Shown here in pieces: positions 38,237-51,038 of a stretch of 54,533 bases of DNA. The DNA comes from Octopus bimaculoides. Its lineage: Eukaryota. Position numbers and translations under genes: made by a program. Every line of letters starts with the position of its first letter. Position 1 is the first letter of the stretch. The notes under the pieces were generated by a model that was not told where the DNA came from, ran no database searches, and saw nothing but the letters and a program-made list of their open reading frames with translations. The stretch is taken from the NCBI RefSeq assembly GCF_001194135.2, contig NC_068986.1, forward strand, positions 44,918,132-44,972,664, in the 5' to 3' direction.

Positions 38237-38470
38237 CATCATCATCGTCGTTTAACGTCCACTTTCCATGCTAGCATGGGTTGGACGATTTGACTGAGGA
38301 CTGGTGAAACCAGATGGCTACACCAGGCACCAATCTGATTTGGCAGAGTTTCTACAGCTGGATGCCTTTCCTAACGCCAACCACTCAGAGAGTGTAGTGG
38401 GTGCTTTTACATGCCACCGGCACGAAGGCCAGTCAGGAGGTACTGGCAATGGCCACGCTCAAAATGGTGT
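38237..38470 (-). mobile_element. 3' end of a LINE or LINE-tail-derived SINE with a (GAT)n tail
   Basis: catcatcatcgtcgtttaacgtccactttccatgctagcatggg..tacagctggatgcc; related pieces at ~5500-5630, 8480-8590, 39440-39760, 41815-41965 (+), 46010-46205 and 51580-51715. Confidence 0.7.
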
Positions 38471-39958
38471 AAATTGATTCTTCAGTTACTTCTTTGATAA
38501 TTCACAACCTTAAATTATTCAGGATTCCTTTCTATCAATGTATTATTTCTTAAAATATGCAAGGATTCAAACCTTGATTGATGTAGGTTGTGACAAGCTG
38601 GAAATATTACTCGTGGATTTTTCTTTCTGATATTTTTCCAGAAGAAAACAAAATGGTCTGCATCATTGTAGAAGAGTGATTTTCTTTTACTTTTTTTTGT
38701 TTTGCTCTTGTCAGTGTCCCTCACCTATGTTGTAGCAGATATATGTGCCATAATTTAAGAGTTATCATTAACCCAAATTAGGAATGAGCCATAATGTGTG
38801 TCATTGGTTCATGACTACTAAATTTAGTCCATACTGATTATCACATTTTAGTGTCATGTGAGCCTAGTTCTTATAATCATTTTATTTTTACTATTACTCA
38901 TATGCACACATGTGTAAGCTCTTCATATATTGAGCCCTCTGTATATCAGTATTATATATATATATGTATATATACATATAGATTATTTATGTGTGTGTAT
39001 ACATAATTACTTTTTTTATACCAGAATATGAAGATTATTAGGGATTAGTAATATCCACACAAACATTAATTTCTAAATAGTGGTTACCTAAATCTTAGAA
39101 GTAATTGTAAATACAATATAAGGTTTTATATATAGAAAACTACTTCCAAACAGTTTTTTATAAAGCAAAAGTAAAAAGTTTTAAGCAAGTACAAACCCTT
39201 TTAAATGACAAAATAATAAAAATAATGCCGTCTAAACTGTTGGTGTTACAAAAATCTATAAATTTTTGGTGATTTTTTTTTCCCTAATCATTGAAAAAAT
39301 ACATTTGAGTACAGTCCAAACAGAATCATGATTGTCTACTCTACTAATTATTATTTCCGTAACCACTATAACTCATTAAGCTATTGTAGTAGTAATAACC
39401 CAATGAGTTGTTATTGCATTGTGTGTGAGCTGGTAATCCTGAGGCTGTGCCAAACACTGCTTTGGGATGGTTTTTTGCAACTGGATGCCCTTCCAAATGC
39501 CAACCACTTTATAAAGTGGACTGGGTGCTTTACAAGGTATCACCACATAACTTGCAAGATAGCTCCCTCAACTGGAAGGGGTATTGAAGGAGGTGGCTTT
39601 GTGCCAGGCAATGAAAGATTAAACTATGATAGAGGGACAGAAACTGGTGTCTTGCTGTAGAGGATACACATAGTTCACCCATTGGAAAGAGAGAGAGGAT
39701 GGCAATGTATCAGGGCATACTCTCAAGGTACAGGGATGTGAATATAAATGGAATGGTAAGAGGATTGTTCAAAGTGTGTGAGTAGGGAGTTCATGAAGGT
39801 GCAAAAGTAGTGGGGAGAGGGAAAGTGGGTGATGAAACAACATGGGTATATAAAGGTACAACAGGATAGCAATGTTAGTTTTATGTATGTATATATATAT
39901 ATATCTCAGCTTGGTTATAATTATTATTAGTGAGTGTTATAACTGCATCACACATATA

Positions 39959-40925
39959 CAGTGACCCACAAAAGTTTATAATACACAGTCAGAAATCCAG
40001 GTTTATATATATTGAGTTAATGCAGGTTAATGAAATTTCCACCATTTATTATGTTTTTTGTAATAAATTCAATACAACAATCAGAATTACAAAATAACAA
40101 ATCGAAAAAATTTTATATGGACAAAAGTTGAAATTCAAAGTACAAAAACTTTACTACACATTTAACTCAATTGAACAATTTTCCAGATATTTTGAATAAA
40201 AATGATTTGTTTTTTCTAGGATATCTACAGTGTTCTAAGAGATTCAGGAAGTTTCATATGTGAGCATTTACAGTCATTACATCAGTTCTGACAATATCAG
40301 TGAGTGAACATCATCATCTTGAGTAAAAATAAACAAATTAGTCAAGACCTTTTGTGAGCATATTGTTGACCTTCATAAGAGTGGCAATGGGTACATAAAG
40401 ATCTCTGCACAGCTTAATGTACCTTTGAGTTCAGTTCATATGATATGTAACTGGAAATCTTGCAATTCCATTCTCCCTCTAGTCTGCTTAGGTTGCCCAC
40501 ATAAGTTAGTAGAGTGTACAGCAAGAAAACTTGCAAGAACAGCTAATAATAGGCCACAGACTATGTTTAGACCTGGAAGCATGTGAAGTACATGTGAGCA
40601 AGGATAAAATTAGTAGATTACTTTGCTGTTATGATCTCTTTTCTCATTGTCTAAAAAAGATCCTCATTGCTTAAGAAATGTCATGTTAAAGCTTGTTTGG
40701 CCTTTGCAAAAAACATCTAAATGAACCAGCAACACATTGGGAAAACATAGTTTGGTCTGACAAAACTGAGATTGAGCTTTTCAGCAGAAATTCAATCAAC
40801 AAGGTTTGGAGAAAGAATGGCATGGAGTATGTGCCAAAGAATACTATCCCTACACTCAAAGATGGAGGCGGATCAGTTATGATGTGGGTTTGTTTTTGCT
40901 CATCAGGTGTTGGAAGACTATATTT
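39959..40925 (+). mobile_element. 3'-truncated decayed Tc1-family (DD34E-type) element
   Basis: TA|CAGTG left end; KQISQDL..IVDLHKSGNGYIKISAQLNVP, KKHL..WENIVWSDKTEIELF, IPTLKDGGGSVMMWVCF..GVGRL. Confidence 0.88.
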
Positions 40926-41169
40926 GTGTATGTGTATATAACTGCAATGTATGTGATAAGCTTCCTAAAGTTAGTATTTGAAATACCTTGTTGATTTGCA
41001 AAACTAACTTTAGGAAACGTACCAGCCACCTATTCACCTATCAATCTGGTGGGCACACAAACAACATTCTTACTCGGAAATGGGATAGGTAGGTGCTTGT
41101 GAATGCAAAGTCCTTTCCAAGCAAAGAATGTAGTATACAACATAGTTTAGCAGTTAGTAGCTTCAGACT

Positions 41170-41515
41170 TAAGAGCTAGAAGATCTAAGAGACAGGCTGA
41201 TCTGGAATAGAAAGATATGGAAGCTTAAGGATCCTTTAAACTGTTAGAGATTGCATACTTTCTAAATGAAGCATTTGATGAGAAGGAGGAAAAGATAAAT
41301 ATTTATGGCATAGAGGACAACTGGAAGTTCTTTTTGAACAACTTACTGAAGGCTACAGATCAAGAGTGATGTGGTAGTGGAACTGGGAAGTACACAGAGC
41401 CAAAAAAGCAAAGAGGCAGACTTGGAAGGGTTGGAAGAATGGGGCAACTGAGGACAACTATACCAGATAGCTAGACAAAAAATTAGGAGACAGGTCTATT
41501 TGGCAAGGGGAGAAG
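41170..41515 (+). mobile_element. Decayed fragment of the same RTE-like LINE family as 32600-33123
   Basis: attaggagacaggtctatttggcaaggggagaa encodes IRRQVYLARGE, matching ARRQVYLARGE. Confidence 0.75.
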
Positions 41516-42528
41516 TCTCCACTTCAATCCTCATCTCTCTATCTCTGAACATCTATCATATTCTTTTTACACTTTCATAAACTTATTTATCCTTTCTTTT
41601 CCTCTATTCTCTCTCTTATCTGCCTTGTACCTTGAGGATGTGCCCTCACCATTTCTCTCTTCCTAGTTGGAGAAGCATCCTCTTCAGCAAACACTTGTTC
41701 TTGTCCCTCTATCACACTTTCACCTCCTTCAATACAATACCCAACTCAGTTGAGAAGTCTTGCCTTGCAAGTACTTGATATGAAAAAAAAGAAGTATTTG
41801 TTACACTCAGTAAAAGTGGTTGGCACTAGGAAGGGCATCTAGCTGCAGAAACCATGTCAAAGCAGGTACTGGAGCTTGGCACAAGCTTCTAGTTTGTCAG
41901 TTCCTGTCAAACTGTCCAACCTATGCCAGCATGGAAAAAAGGAATGTTACTGATCATGATGATGATATTTCCTTCATTTCTCAGCGAAGATATGTTGGAT
42001 TTATTATATAATTGGCTTTAAGTGGTAGGAGTTCTATTAGATTCTCAATGTTAATGGCTCAACATTAATATCTTAGGTATGCTATATAATTTTACTTCCT
42101 TTTGTAATTTCATTGTACATACATCACCCTGTTTCTATTGCATATTTTTTTAACCTTTTGACATACATTAAGACTTGGAAGCAATTCATATCAAATTTTC
42201 TTTGATCCTTCTCAACTATATTCTAGTTTTTCATTGACATTTAGATGTCTCAAGTCTTCTGCCTGGCCAGCTCCTGTCAAACCCTCAAACCCATGAAGGG
42301 TAAATGTTAAACAGCAATGATATATATATGTCTACTTAGTTTTTCTTATATATAGATATGTATACACATATCTACCTATCTAATGTTTCTTTATATAAGT
42401 ATGTGTGTTTCTTTAGTTGTCTCATAAGAAAGATAACATCTATTTGAAAGATGGACAATCTTTTGGGTTTGCTATTCTCTTGTAATGTATTAAGTCAGAC
42501 TGGTGTAATCTTCTCCATCTGATAATGT

Positions 42529-42906
42529 TTGTTTGTTGGCACTCTGTCGCTTACGACGTCGAGGGTTCCAGTCGATCTGATCAACGGAACAGCCTGTTCG
42601 TGAAATTAACGTGCAAGTGGCTGAGCACTCCACAGACACGAGTACCCTTAAAGTACTTCTCGGGGATATTCAGTGTGACAAGGCTGACCCTTTGAATTAC
42701 AGGCACAACAGAAACAGGAAGTAAGAGTGAGAGAAAGTTGTGGAGGAAGAGTACAGCAAGGTTCGCCACCATCTCCTGTCGGAGCCTTGTGGAGCTTTAG
42801 GTGTTTTCGCTCAATAAACACTCACAACACCCGGTCTGGGAATCGAAACCGCGATCCTATGACTGCGAGTCCACTGCCCTAACCACTGGGCCATTGCGCC
42901 TCCACT
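42529..42906 (-). mobile_element. Full-length young tRNA-derived SINE with a 12-bp TSD
   Basis: TSD atctgataatgt at 42517-42528 and 42907-42918; A box TGGCCCAGTGG and B box GGTTTCGATTCC on the minus strand; (AAAC)n tail. Confidence 0.92.
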
Positions 42907-43766
42907 ATCTGATAATGTACTTCTACATCAAATACACTAAAGTGACTATATAATCCTGGAAATCACCTGCCAGCTGAGAGCTTCAATGCAGATCCATCTA
43001 ACCATGGCACTGTTGTTTAAAACTAGACAGTTTAAGTCTTTAACATTTAGTTTTTACTATCAAAGAATAAAAGTACTACAGATATAAACATAACTTTGGT
43101 TCATCAGGATAGGAAGTATTATGTTTGGTAAATAACAGTTGGTTTTTAAATGGCAATATTAAAGTCTTGTTTAGTAACACAAATACTTGTTTTACTATGT
43201 TGTGTTATCTCATTTGAAAGATTAAACATTTTTTATTCAGTAATGTTCTTGTCTTTTTTTTCCAGTGTTTAACTCTGCATGTTGAAAATCCTCAAACTTA
43301 CTGACAACATAAAACAAGTTTATTGCATCATTTTACTGCATAGTTTCAACTGAGCCACAATTCCTTACAAACTTTGTAGGAAATGGACCAAATATGATGT
43401 GAAGAGACTATTTCTGAGCATACAGGATGCATTGGTTTCAAGAATTCCCAATGAAAATTTGCATTTCATAGATTAAGAGAGGAGAGATTAGCATCAGCTA
43501 TAGCAAGTGACAAACTGAAGCTATTAGTTGAAGAGAAGCCAGACTTAATTTTCTAAGAAACAACTTTTAGGAGTAGTATTTTGCCAGTTCACATCATCTG
43601 TAATAAAGGGGAAAAGAGAAGCTTGTCCAATGAATTGTACAAGGACTTCACATTTAAAACTGTCACTGTACATACCGGCTTGATATATCACCTATCATAT
43701 TCCTTAGCATTTACAGTAACTGAACAGCTGTACTGATAAATTTCAATCTATCCAGAAAATTTGTTT

Positions 43767-45520
43767 GGCTGTAGGAGAGTTCGCCACAGGAAATTTTGCC
43801 GCAAAACAATTTCACCGAAAAAATGATGAATTGCTCCCTTGGTACATAATTGTTTCAACCAACCTAACTTTTATTAGAGAAACCAATAGGAAGGGGTAAA
43901 GTTATTGCATAACATTTAAAATTTCTTTATTCATTTGACAATATTTTTTTGTGTAGCCAACCCATTACAATAGTCTATTAAGTGGGAACTAGCAGAGGCA
44001 GTTTGAAATTAGTTGATGATCTTAACTTTGTTTATAGGATAGATAGAAAATACGGTGAAAAATCATATTGGAAATGTGAAAATAGAGAATGTAAAGCAAG
44101 AGTGCATCCCATGCTGGAGAACAATAATTTATCTATACGTAAAACATTCAGCAAGCATTGCTGTCCTTCTCAGCCTTCAAAGCTGAAAGTTTACATAGTG
44201 AAAATGAAATTGAAATCACTAGCCACTAATTCACAAACTTCTGCATGGTCATTAATTGCAGAAATTTCATCTAGTTTAGATGATAATGCATGGTCACTGA
44301 TGCTGATGCCATCGCATTTGTCTCGCAATATCAGAGGTTGGAGGCAAAAGAAAAGCCAAGCTCACCCAATCCCAACTGGAAGAAGTGGGTGTATAATACC
44401 TGAAGAATATAGATTTCTTGAAAATGGTGAGAAGTTTTTATTATACTATATTGGTGAAGATAATCCAGAGAGACTGTTAGTATTTGGCACACAAGTTGGG
44501 TTAGATGACCTTGAGAATAATAAGGATTGGCCTTGTGATGGAACTTTTAAATGCAGCCCAGATATCTATTATCAGTTGTTCACGTTACATATTGTCATAT
44601 GAAATATTAACATACCACGTCTTTTTGTTTTGCTACAACATACAGAAGGCTTAGCGCTTTGAAGGACTTACACCCATCATTAGAGCCTGAAATCTTAATG
44701 GTTGATTTCGAGAAAGCAATTATCAATACCTTTTGTGATATATTTCCAACAGGTTGTTTATTTCATATGGCTAAGAATATCTATCACGACATTGTGAATA
44801 TAAGTATAAAACCTTGTTATCAAACAGATGCAGAATTTAACAATGCTTCACTGCATTAGCATTTCTTCTAGTGCGTGATATTATTGATGGTTTTCTTGAA
44901 CTGATGATGATGATTTGCTTCAAGAATTTGTATCATACTTTGAAACTCATTATATAGGAAGAGAATGAGGTTGAGGTGAGCAAAGACGAAGAATGCAACC
45001 AGCTTTTCCTATCTAAGTGTGTGTGGAATGTCTTCGAAAGAACCCAGAATAATACGATGAGAACAAACAACAGCGTAGAAGGCTTCCACATTGCAATGCA
45101 AAGCTCCATTACTAACATGCACCCAAATTTGTGGAAACTTGTTACATATTTGAAAAAGGAAGAGACATTACTGAAAAAGAAAAAGTGTCATTTAGATTGA
45201 GCAAATGCAGTCCTAATAAAGAAAATATATATTGATATCAATGAAAGAATTTAGTGGAAAACACTTCATTATAAATATGAAAATGCTTCAATATAAACGT
45301 TTACAAAGAACAAAAAGAAAACAAAAAAACAGTTACATCTAAAACAGAATTATAAAAATCATTTATATATAAAGCAATTTTTTTCAGAGCTGCAATTTCT
45401 CTAAATCAGGTTGCCTGCCATATCTTCGAAATTACCTATATGACAAAGTTTCCTATGATGATAATTCCTGAGGTGAGTTTTCTTGCGGTAAAAATGTTTA
45501 TAGCGAATATTCCAAGAACC
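43767..45520 (+). mobile_element. Decayed Mutator-like (MULE/Phantom-type) DNA transposon
   Basis: Degenerate TIRs ggctgtaggagagttcgcca and (reverse complement) ggttcttggaatattcgcta; internal transposase pseudogene; no clean TSD. Confidence 0.8.
43982..45200 (+). pseudogene. FLYWCH plus MULE DDE transposase pseudogene
   Basis: YWKCENRECKARVH (FLYWCH-like), CDGTFKCSPDIYYQLFTLH, MVDFEKA, GCLFH, RTNNSVEGFH; split over three ORFs by stops and frameshifts. Confidence 0.9.
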
Positions 45521-45787
45521 AAATTTCAAGGATATTAAAGAAGTCTAGGACTCTGGTTATTTTTGGGTAGTCACAGATAATTGTGTTCTTCATTGGTAAA
45601 AGTGATTGATGTTTCTTGTACTTGAATTTATTGATTAATAAAGTTGAACTGACTAATCTGATTTATTTTCTAAAAACCAAGAGTTCTTTAAATTTCTTCC
45701 ATACCGACCAAACTCTTTCAGGAACAGCATCAGAGCTATTGCTGCTAGTAACAGTAAACCACTTAAAAGGTTTCTCTGCTTACAACC

Positions 45788-45937
45788 AAGTACCATCTTA
45801 AAGCATGAGTACACTGGGCAGTTGCCCTTGGGCCCTGTGGATCTAGGACCCAATCATTATGTAGATACTAGTTGTGTATATAGGGGCTTCAGTGCAATGC
45901 TTTGCCAAGGGCCTATAATGTTGCTAAGACAGCCCTG
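45788..45937. mobile_element. Possible decayed hAT-like MITE
   Basis: Right end aagacagccctg and internal gggccc motifs resemble 12215-12371; left end weak. Confidence 0.4.
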
Positions 45938-46224
45938 CATACAGTGAATTTCTTTGAAGAGGGTAATATTGGGGTTTGGTTTCAGCTTATTTACAGAAAT
46001 CATCATTTTAACAACCACTTTTCCATGCTTGCATGCAGCAGACAGAATTTGTTGAGACATTTTCTACAGCTGGATGTCCTTCCTGTTGTCAACTCTTCAC
46101 TTGATTCTAAGCAAGGTAATATTTTTCTTATAGCTAGACATGATCTTGTGGAAATGAATAACACTGCTTGTGACCATGACAATCATTTATGACTATCATG
46201 ATGTTAAGACAAGACACACACATT

Positions 46225-46375
46225 ATGGGCTTCTTTCAGTTTCTGTCTACCAAATGCACTCATAAAGATTTGGTGAGGCCATTGGAGAAGTAAAAGACAT
46301 TTGCCAAAAGTTCTACATAGACTGAATCTGAGACCATATGATTGGGGAGCAAATTTTTTAACTATACAGCCATGC
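46225..46375 (-). mobile_element. Family B/C SINE head
   Basis: ttcagtttctgtctaccaaatgcactcataaag..gacatttgccaaaag. Confidence 0.65.
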
Positions 46376-47250
46376 CAATGTTTAGAATAATACATTTCTA
46401 TGGATTATTACCACTATGGGAATGTTGCCATTACCCTACTCTTGCAAATCTAGCACAAAGTCAACCAATTGAGAATGTGACAGAAGCTGGATGACTGAGA
46501 AATTAGTTGCAAAATCTTCATAAATCAAGAGCACAATTGTATTTTTATATAATGTGAATTTTTAACATGTTGCACAAATATTTAGCTCTGAGTGCACTGC
46601 ATCTTATAGCAGAAACAGTTATAAGCTAATGAAGTTGATTACTTATATAATTCCCATTCCCTTGTCATCCAATAATTTATATTATTATCTGTATTTTCCT
46701 AATGCTTTATTCTAAAGCGTATGTATATTGAGTTTTAATGACTGATTATTAGTATTGCTATGCCTAAGTGAAATCATAAAATACTTAGTGTGAATATTTT
46801 GGTTCATATGTATGAGTAGCTATGTTGTTGATGTGTGTGTATGTGCATTGCATTGTTGGTAGGTGATTCTGTATGTTTTAGGTGTTGTAACTCTATGAAG
46901 AGCAAACATAGGCTTTGATATCTTCTTTTACTATTAGTGACAAGTGCTGCTGTGTAGTACCATCAAGTTAGTTGTAGTGGTGAGCACATCATTCTCTTCT
47001 CAGGATTGGCACCTTGGCTACCAGCCACCATCATATTACTAAATGTCCAATTTAAAAAGTTGGTTAACCAATTTAACACAATGCAGTTATTAATGGTACA
47101 ACATATCCAGCAGCCAATCTCACAGTGAGAGCTCAGTAGATATATTCAGTGTTATTAATTACAAAATCACTCTAACTCATCACTCTACTCGCTTAAGGTT
47201 ACAATTTCCAGATAATGGATAGAAGTATATTCTATCAAATATCTGGATAA

Positions 47251-48724
47251 TCTATATATATAAAAATGAAAATGTATGTCTGTCTGTCTGTGTGAATCCC
47301 TAAAACTCGAGAACTACGCAACCAATTTCATTCAAATTTTACACATGCCTTACTTAGGGTTCCAGTTGTGTTTTAGTCAAAAAAATTTATTAACTTCTTG
47401 CAGAGTTCGAGCACACGGCAACATAATATCTCCTCCACTATTTAAGTATTACGTGTCAAAAGTGAAACAAAAACACTCATGTCAAATACTTTCACTTTAA
47501 AAATGAAACTATTCCACTAACTGAAACAATCACATTTCGATACTGTAGTGACAGATACTTTCACAGAGAGAGAAAGAGAGAGAGAGAGAGAGATGTATAT
47601 GTATACATATACATGTATATGTACACCATTTCGATACCGNNNNNNNNNNNNNNNNNNNNNNNNNNNNNNNNNNNNNNNNNNNNNNNNNNNNNNNNNNNNN
47701 NNNNNNNNNNNNNNNNNNNNNNNNNNNNNNNNNNNNNNNNNNNNNNNNNNNNNNNNNNNNNNNNNNNNNNNNNNNNNNNNNNNNNNNNNNNNNNNNNNNN
47801 NNNNNNNNNNNNNNNNNNNNNNNNNNNNNNNNNNNNNNNNNNNNNNNNNNNNNNNNNNNNNNNNNNNNNNNNNNNNNNNNNNNNNNNNNNNNNNNNNNNN
47901 NNNNNNNNNNNNNNNNNNNNNNNNNNNNNNNNNNNNNNNNNNNNNNNNNNNNNNNNNNNNNNNNNNNNNNNNNNNNNNNNNNNNNNNNNNNNNNNNNNNN
48001 NNNNNNNNNNNNNNNNNNNNNNNNNNNNNNNNNNNNNNNNNNNNNNNNNNNNNNNNNNNNNNNNNNNNNNNNNNNNNNNNNNNNNNNNNNNNNNNNNNNN
48101 NNNNNNNNNNNNNNNNNNNNNNNNNNNNNNNNNNNNNNNNNNNNNNNNNNNNNNNNNNNNNNNNNNNNNNNNNNNNNNNNNNNNNNNNNNNNNNNNNNNN
48201 NNNNNNNNNNNNNNNNNNNNNNNNNNNNNNNNNNNNNNNNNNNNNNNNNNNNNNNNNNNNNNNNNNNNNNNNNNNNNNNNNNNNNNNNNNNNNNNNNNNN
48301 NNNNNNNNNNNNNNNNNNNNNNNNNNNNNNNNNNNNNNNNNNNNNNNNNNNNNNNNNNNNNNNNNNNNNNNNNNNNNNNNNNNNNNNNNNNNNNNNNNNN
48401 NNNNNNNNNNNNNNNNNNNNNNNNNNNNNNNNNCAAGAGTGGGCAGCAACAAAAAACCTATTTGTATATGCTCCACAAGGGAAAACAAGGAACATAGTTT
48501 ACAATGAGGTGTTATAATCACAACAGCAAGAAAGTATGTACATGATCACCTTTTACGAAACTTCATTGACTTTCATATATTTATATTGATATACATATAT
48601 ATACGTGTGTTTGGGTGCGTGTGTGTATATACATCTCTATATATAAAGATGATGCGTAGTCTAGACGGCGTTTTTAGATTTCATTATTCTCTTTAACCCG
48701 GGCAACGCCGGGTGTTTCTGCTAG
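47251..48724 (+). mobile_element. Helitron (gap inside) with a RepHel C-terminal remnant
   Basis: A|TC 5' start at 47251; 3' hairpin cccgggcaacgccggg at 48697-48712, then CTAG|T; 48434-48517 reads RVGSN, then after a frameshift KNLFVYAPQGKTRNIVYNEVL*, resembling a Helitron PIF1-helicase end. Confidence 0.8.
47640..48433. other. Assembly gap
   Basis: Run of N. Confidence 1.
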
Positions 48725-49486
48725 TATTTATTTATTTTTGCTACTTTATTCTGGTGAAAGATTTTGCAGACAAATTAATCTTCTGGATGAACTATTGAGG
48801 GAAGTCATATATATTTCTCTTGTTACACTCTATTATCTTAAAAAATAAAGTAGGACATACTTGATTATAGTCATGGAAAAAAAGATGGGATAGTCAAAGC
48901 TGAGGTGCCTTTAATCAGAGGTGATTTAGGTTAAATAAGAACTGATGATCCTACAGATTTCCTTCCTGCTTTACTGCTCCCATAATGTTGACTGATGTGT
49001 ACCTTAGCTTGAAGTGGTGAAGTCAGTCATTTGAACATACAAAGTTTTCTTGAATGTTAAAGTCACCCCAGAAATACTCTCACCATCATCACAAAACTGT
49101 CACCTGTTTTTGATTTACTTTCTTTGAAAAAAATTTCTGTTTCAGATACTTTCATTTCCAGAGCAAGGATGTCATTATTTTCTCTTGTTTCTTAAAATGA
49201 CTTGGAAACAGCTTGATGTGCAAGTGCAGTCAGTTGAAACTTGGTATACTGGATGCCAGTAGGTTTCAGGGGTCATCAGGAGAGAATGTGCACTGTTTCA
49301 GGGCCTTCCTCATGATGGTTTTACAGCCCCACTCACTGATGTGAGGCTCCTACCTACTGGTTTGACTGACTAGTATTCAACCTCAAGTCTATTTTGAGTT
49401 CATCATCTCTCCAGCCAGGTTTCATCATGCTGTCAGTAATCCAACACTATTCTGCATGCAAGGCTCTTACTGATGCACCATTTCTG

Positions 49487-49775
49487 GCACTCTGTTGGTT
49501 ACAACATGGGTTCCAGTTGATATGATCAACAGAACAGCTTGCTCATGAAATTAACGTGCAAGTGGCTGAGCACTCCACAAACATGTGTACCCTTCTCAGT
49601 GAGATTCAGCATGACACAGAATGTGACAAGGCTAGCCCTTCGAAATACAGGTACTACTCATTTTTGCCAGCAATGTGAATTAAAGTGTCTTGCTCAGGAA
49701 CACAATGCATCACCAGGAATTGAACTCACAATCTTACAACTGTGAGCCAAATACCCTAACCACTAAGCCATACGC
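49487..49775 (-). mobile_element. tRNA-derived SINE sharing its 3' module with 42529-42906
   Basis: Shared gaaattaacgtgcaagtggctgagcactccaca..gtaccctt..gtgacaaggct; different middle segment. Confidence 0.75.
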
Positions 49776-50189
49776 TGTCTGTACCATTTCTAGCTTTTTC
49801 TGTATTGATACTTTTTGTAACAGTTAATGTTACACATTTGCTGCATTGTCACCTTCAGTAGTAGCTGGTTGTTTAGATGGTACATTTAAGTATGAAATAT
49901 CAGTGAAAAGAGGTTATATATTTGCCTCTGTAACAGTATCAACCATTGTAAGTCCACTGTGGTAGATACAAAGAATATGAGGCACTGGGCAATCATGCAA
50001 ACTAATGATCACCAGATTCAAATTACTGTTTCAAATTTTAGAAATTGCTGGACTAGTGAATTCTAGATTAATGATGTCAACATGCAGAAGAGAGGGAACA
50101 CATAGTTTGCCAATGAGAAAAATAAATTATTTAAAGTATTTAGAAAATATATTCTGGCAGAACTGCCTGTATTCTTATGAAATTTTAAT

Positions 50190-51038
50190 TTAACCCTTTA
50201 GCATTAAAACCAGCCATATGTGGCTGAAATATCCTACCTGTTTTATGTTTAAACAGGCTGATCCAACTGCTCACAGCTATACTAAAATGTCAGTCTAAAA
50301 GCATATGCTCAGATTGTCAAAGTCTCTAAGCTGCAAGATAGTGTATGATTAATTGAAAATAATGTGAATAAATTATTATTCACGGTGAACTAGAGGATGT
50401 AGCCGAGTTTACGTATTTAGGTAGTAAGATAACATTCTCAGGCGGCACCGACGAAGATATTAAGACGACGCTTTCCACTTGTTAAAAAAAGTATGGAGCG
50501 CAAGTGTAATTTCAATAAAGAACAAAATAAGAATTTTTAACACTAACGTAAAAGCGGTGTTATTGTATGGGGCTGAGACATGGAGAACAACAGTTAAGTC
50601 AAATAAGCAAATACAATCATTCATCAACAGGTGCTTGTGTAGTATACTTAAAATCAGATGGCCCGAACACATAAGCAATATGGTGCTATGGCAAAGAACG
50701 AATCAAGTTCCGATTAGGGAGCAAATATTTAAGAAAAAGTGGAAGTGGGTTGGTAGCACAATTAGAAAGGACACACCAAATGCAGCGAAAAGTGCTTTAC
50801 AGTGGAATCCAGATGGATATAGAAAGGGGTAGGCCTAAGAACTCGTGGCGTAGATCAACACAAAAGGAACTAGAGAAAGGTACATTCATGGCAGAGTATA
50901 AGTACAGAAGCAAGAAATGCGACATGGAATTCAATTATAAGTGGCCTATACTCCATGTTGGAGGGTTAAAGGCAAGAAGAAGAATGTGAATAAATAAGCA
51001 TTACGTTTAACAGAGTAATCTGAATTCTAAAAGGTTAA
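50190..51038 (+). mobile_element. piggyBac-like MITE split by an RTE insertion
   Basis: TTAA-CCCTTTAGCATT at 50190 and AATTCTAAAAGG-TTAA at 51038; the two halves rejoin to match 9921-10125. Confidence 0.8.
50374..50982 (+). mobile_element. 5'-truncated RTE LINE with a 13-bp TSD
   Basis: TSD aatgtgaataaat at 50361-50373 and 50983-50995; FTYLGS, NVKAVLLYGAETW, KKWKWVG, LQWNPDGYRK; (AAG)n tail. Confidence 0.92.

Noticed and set aside
42830-42906. tRNA gene
   Set aside because: The A and B boxes belong to a SINE head with body, tail and a 12-bp TSD; no closed acceptor stem is evident
43380-43650. Possible extra transposase remnant (KLLVEEKPDLIF)
   Set aside because: Only a weak motif resemblance amid many stops
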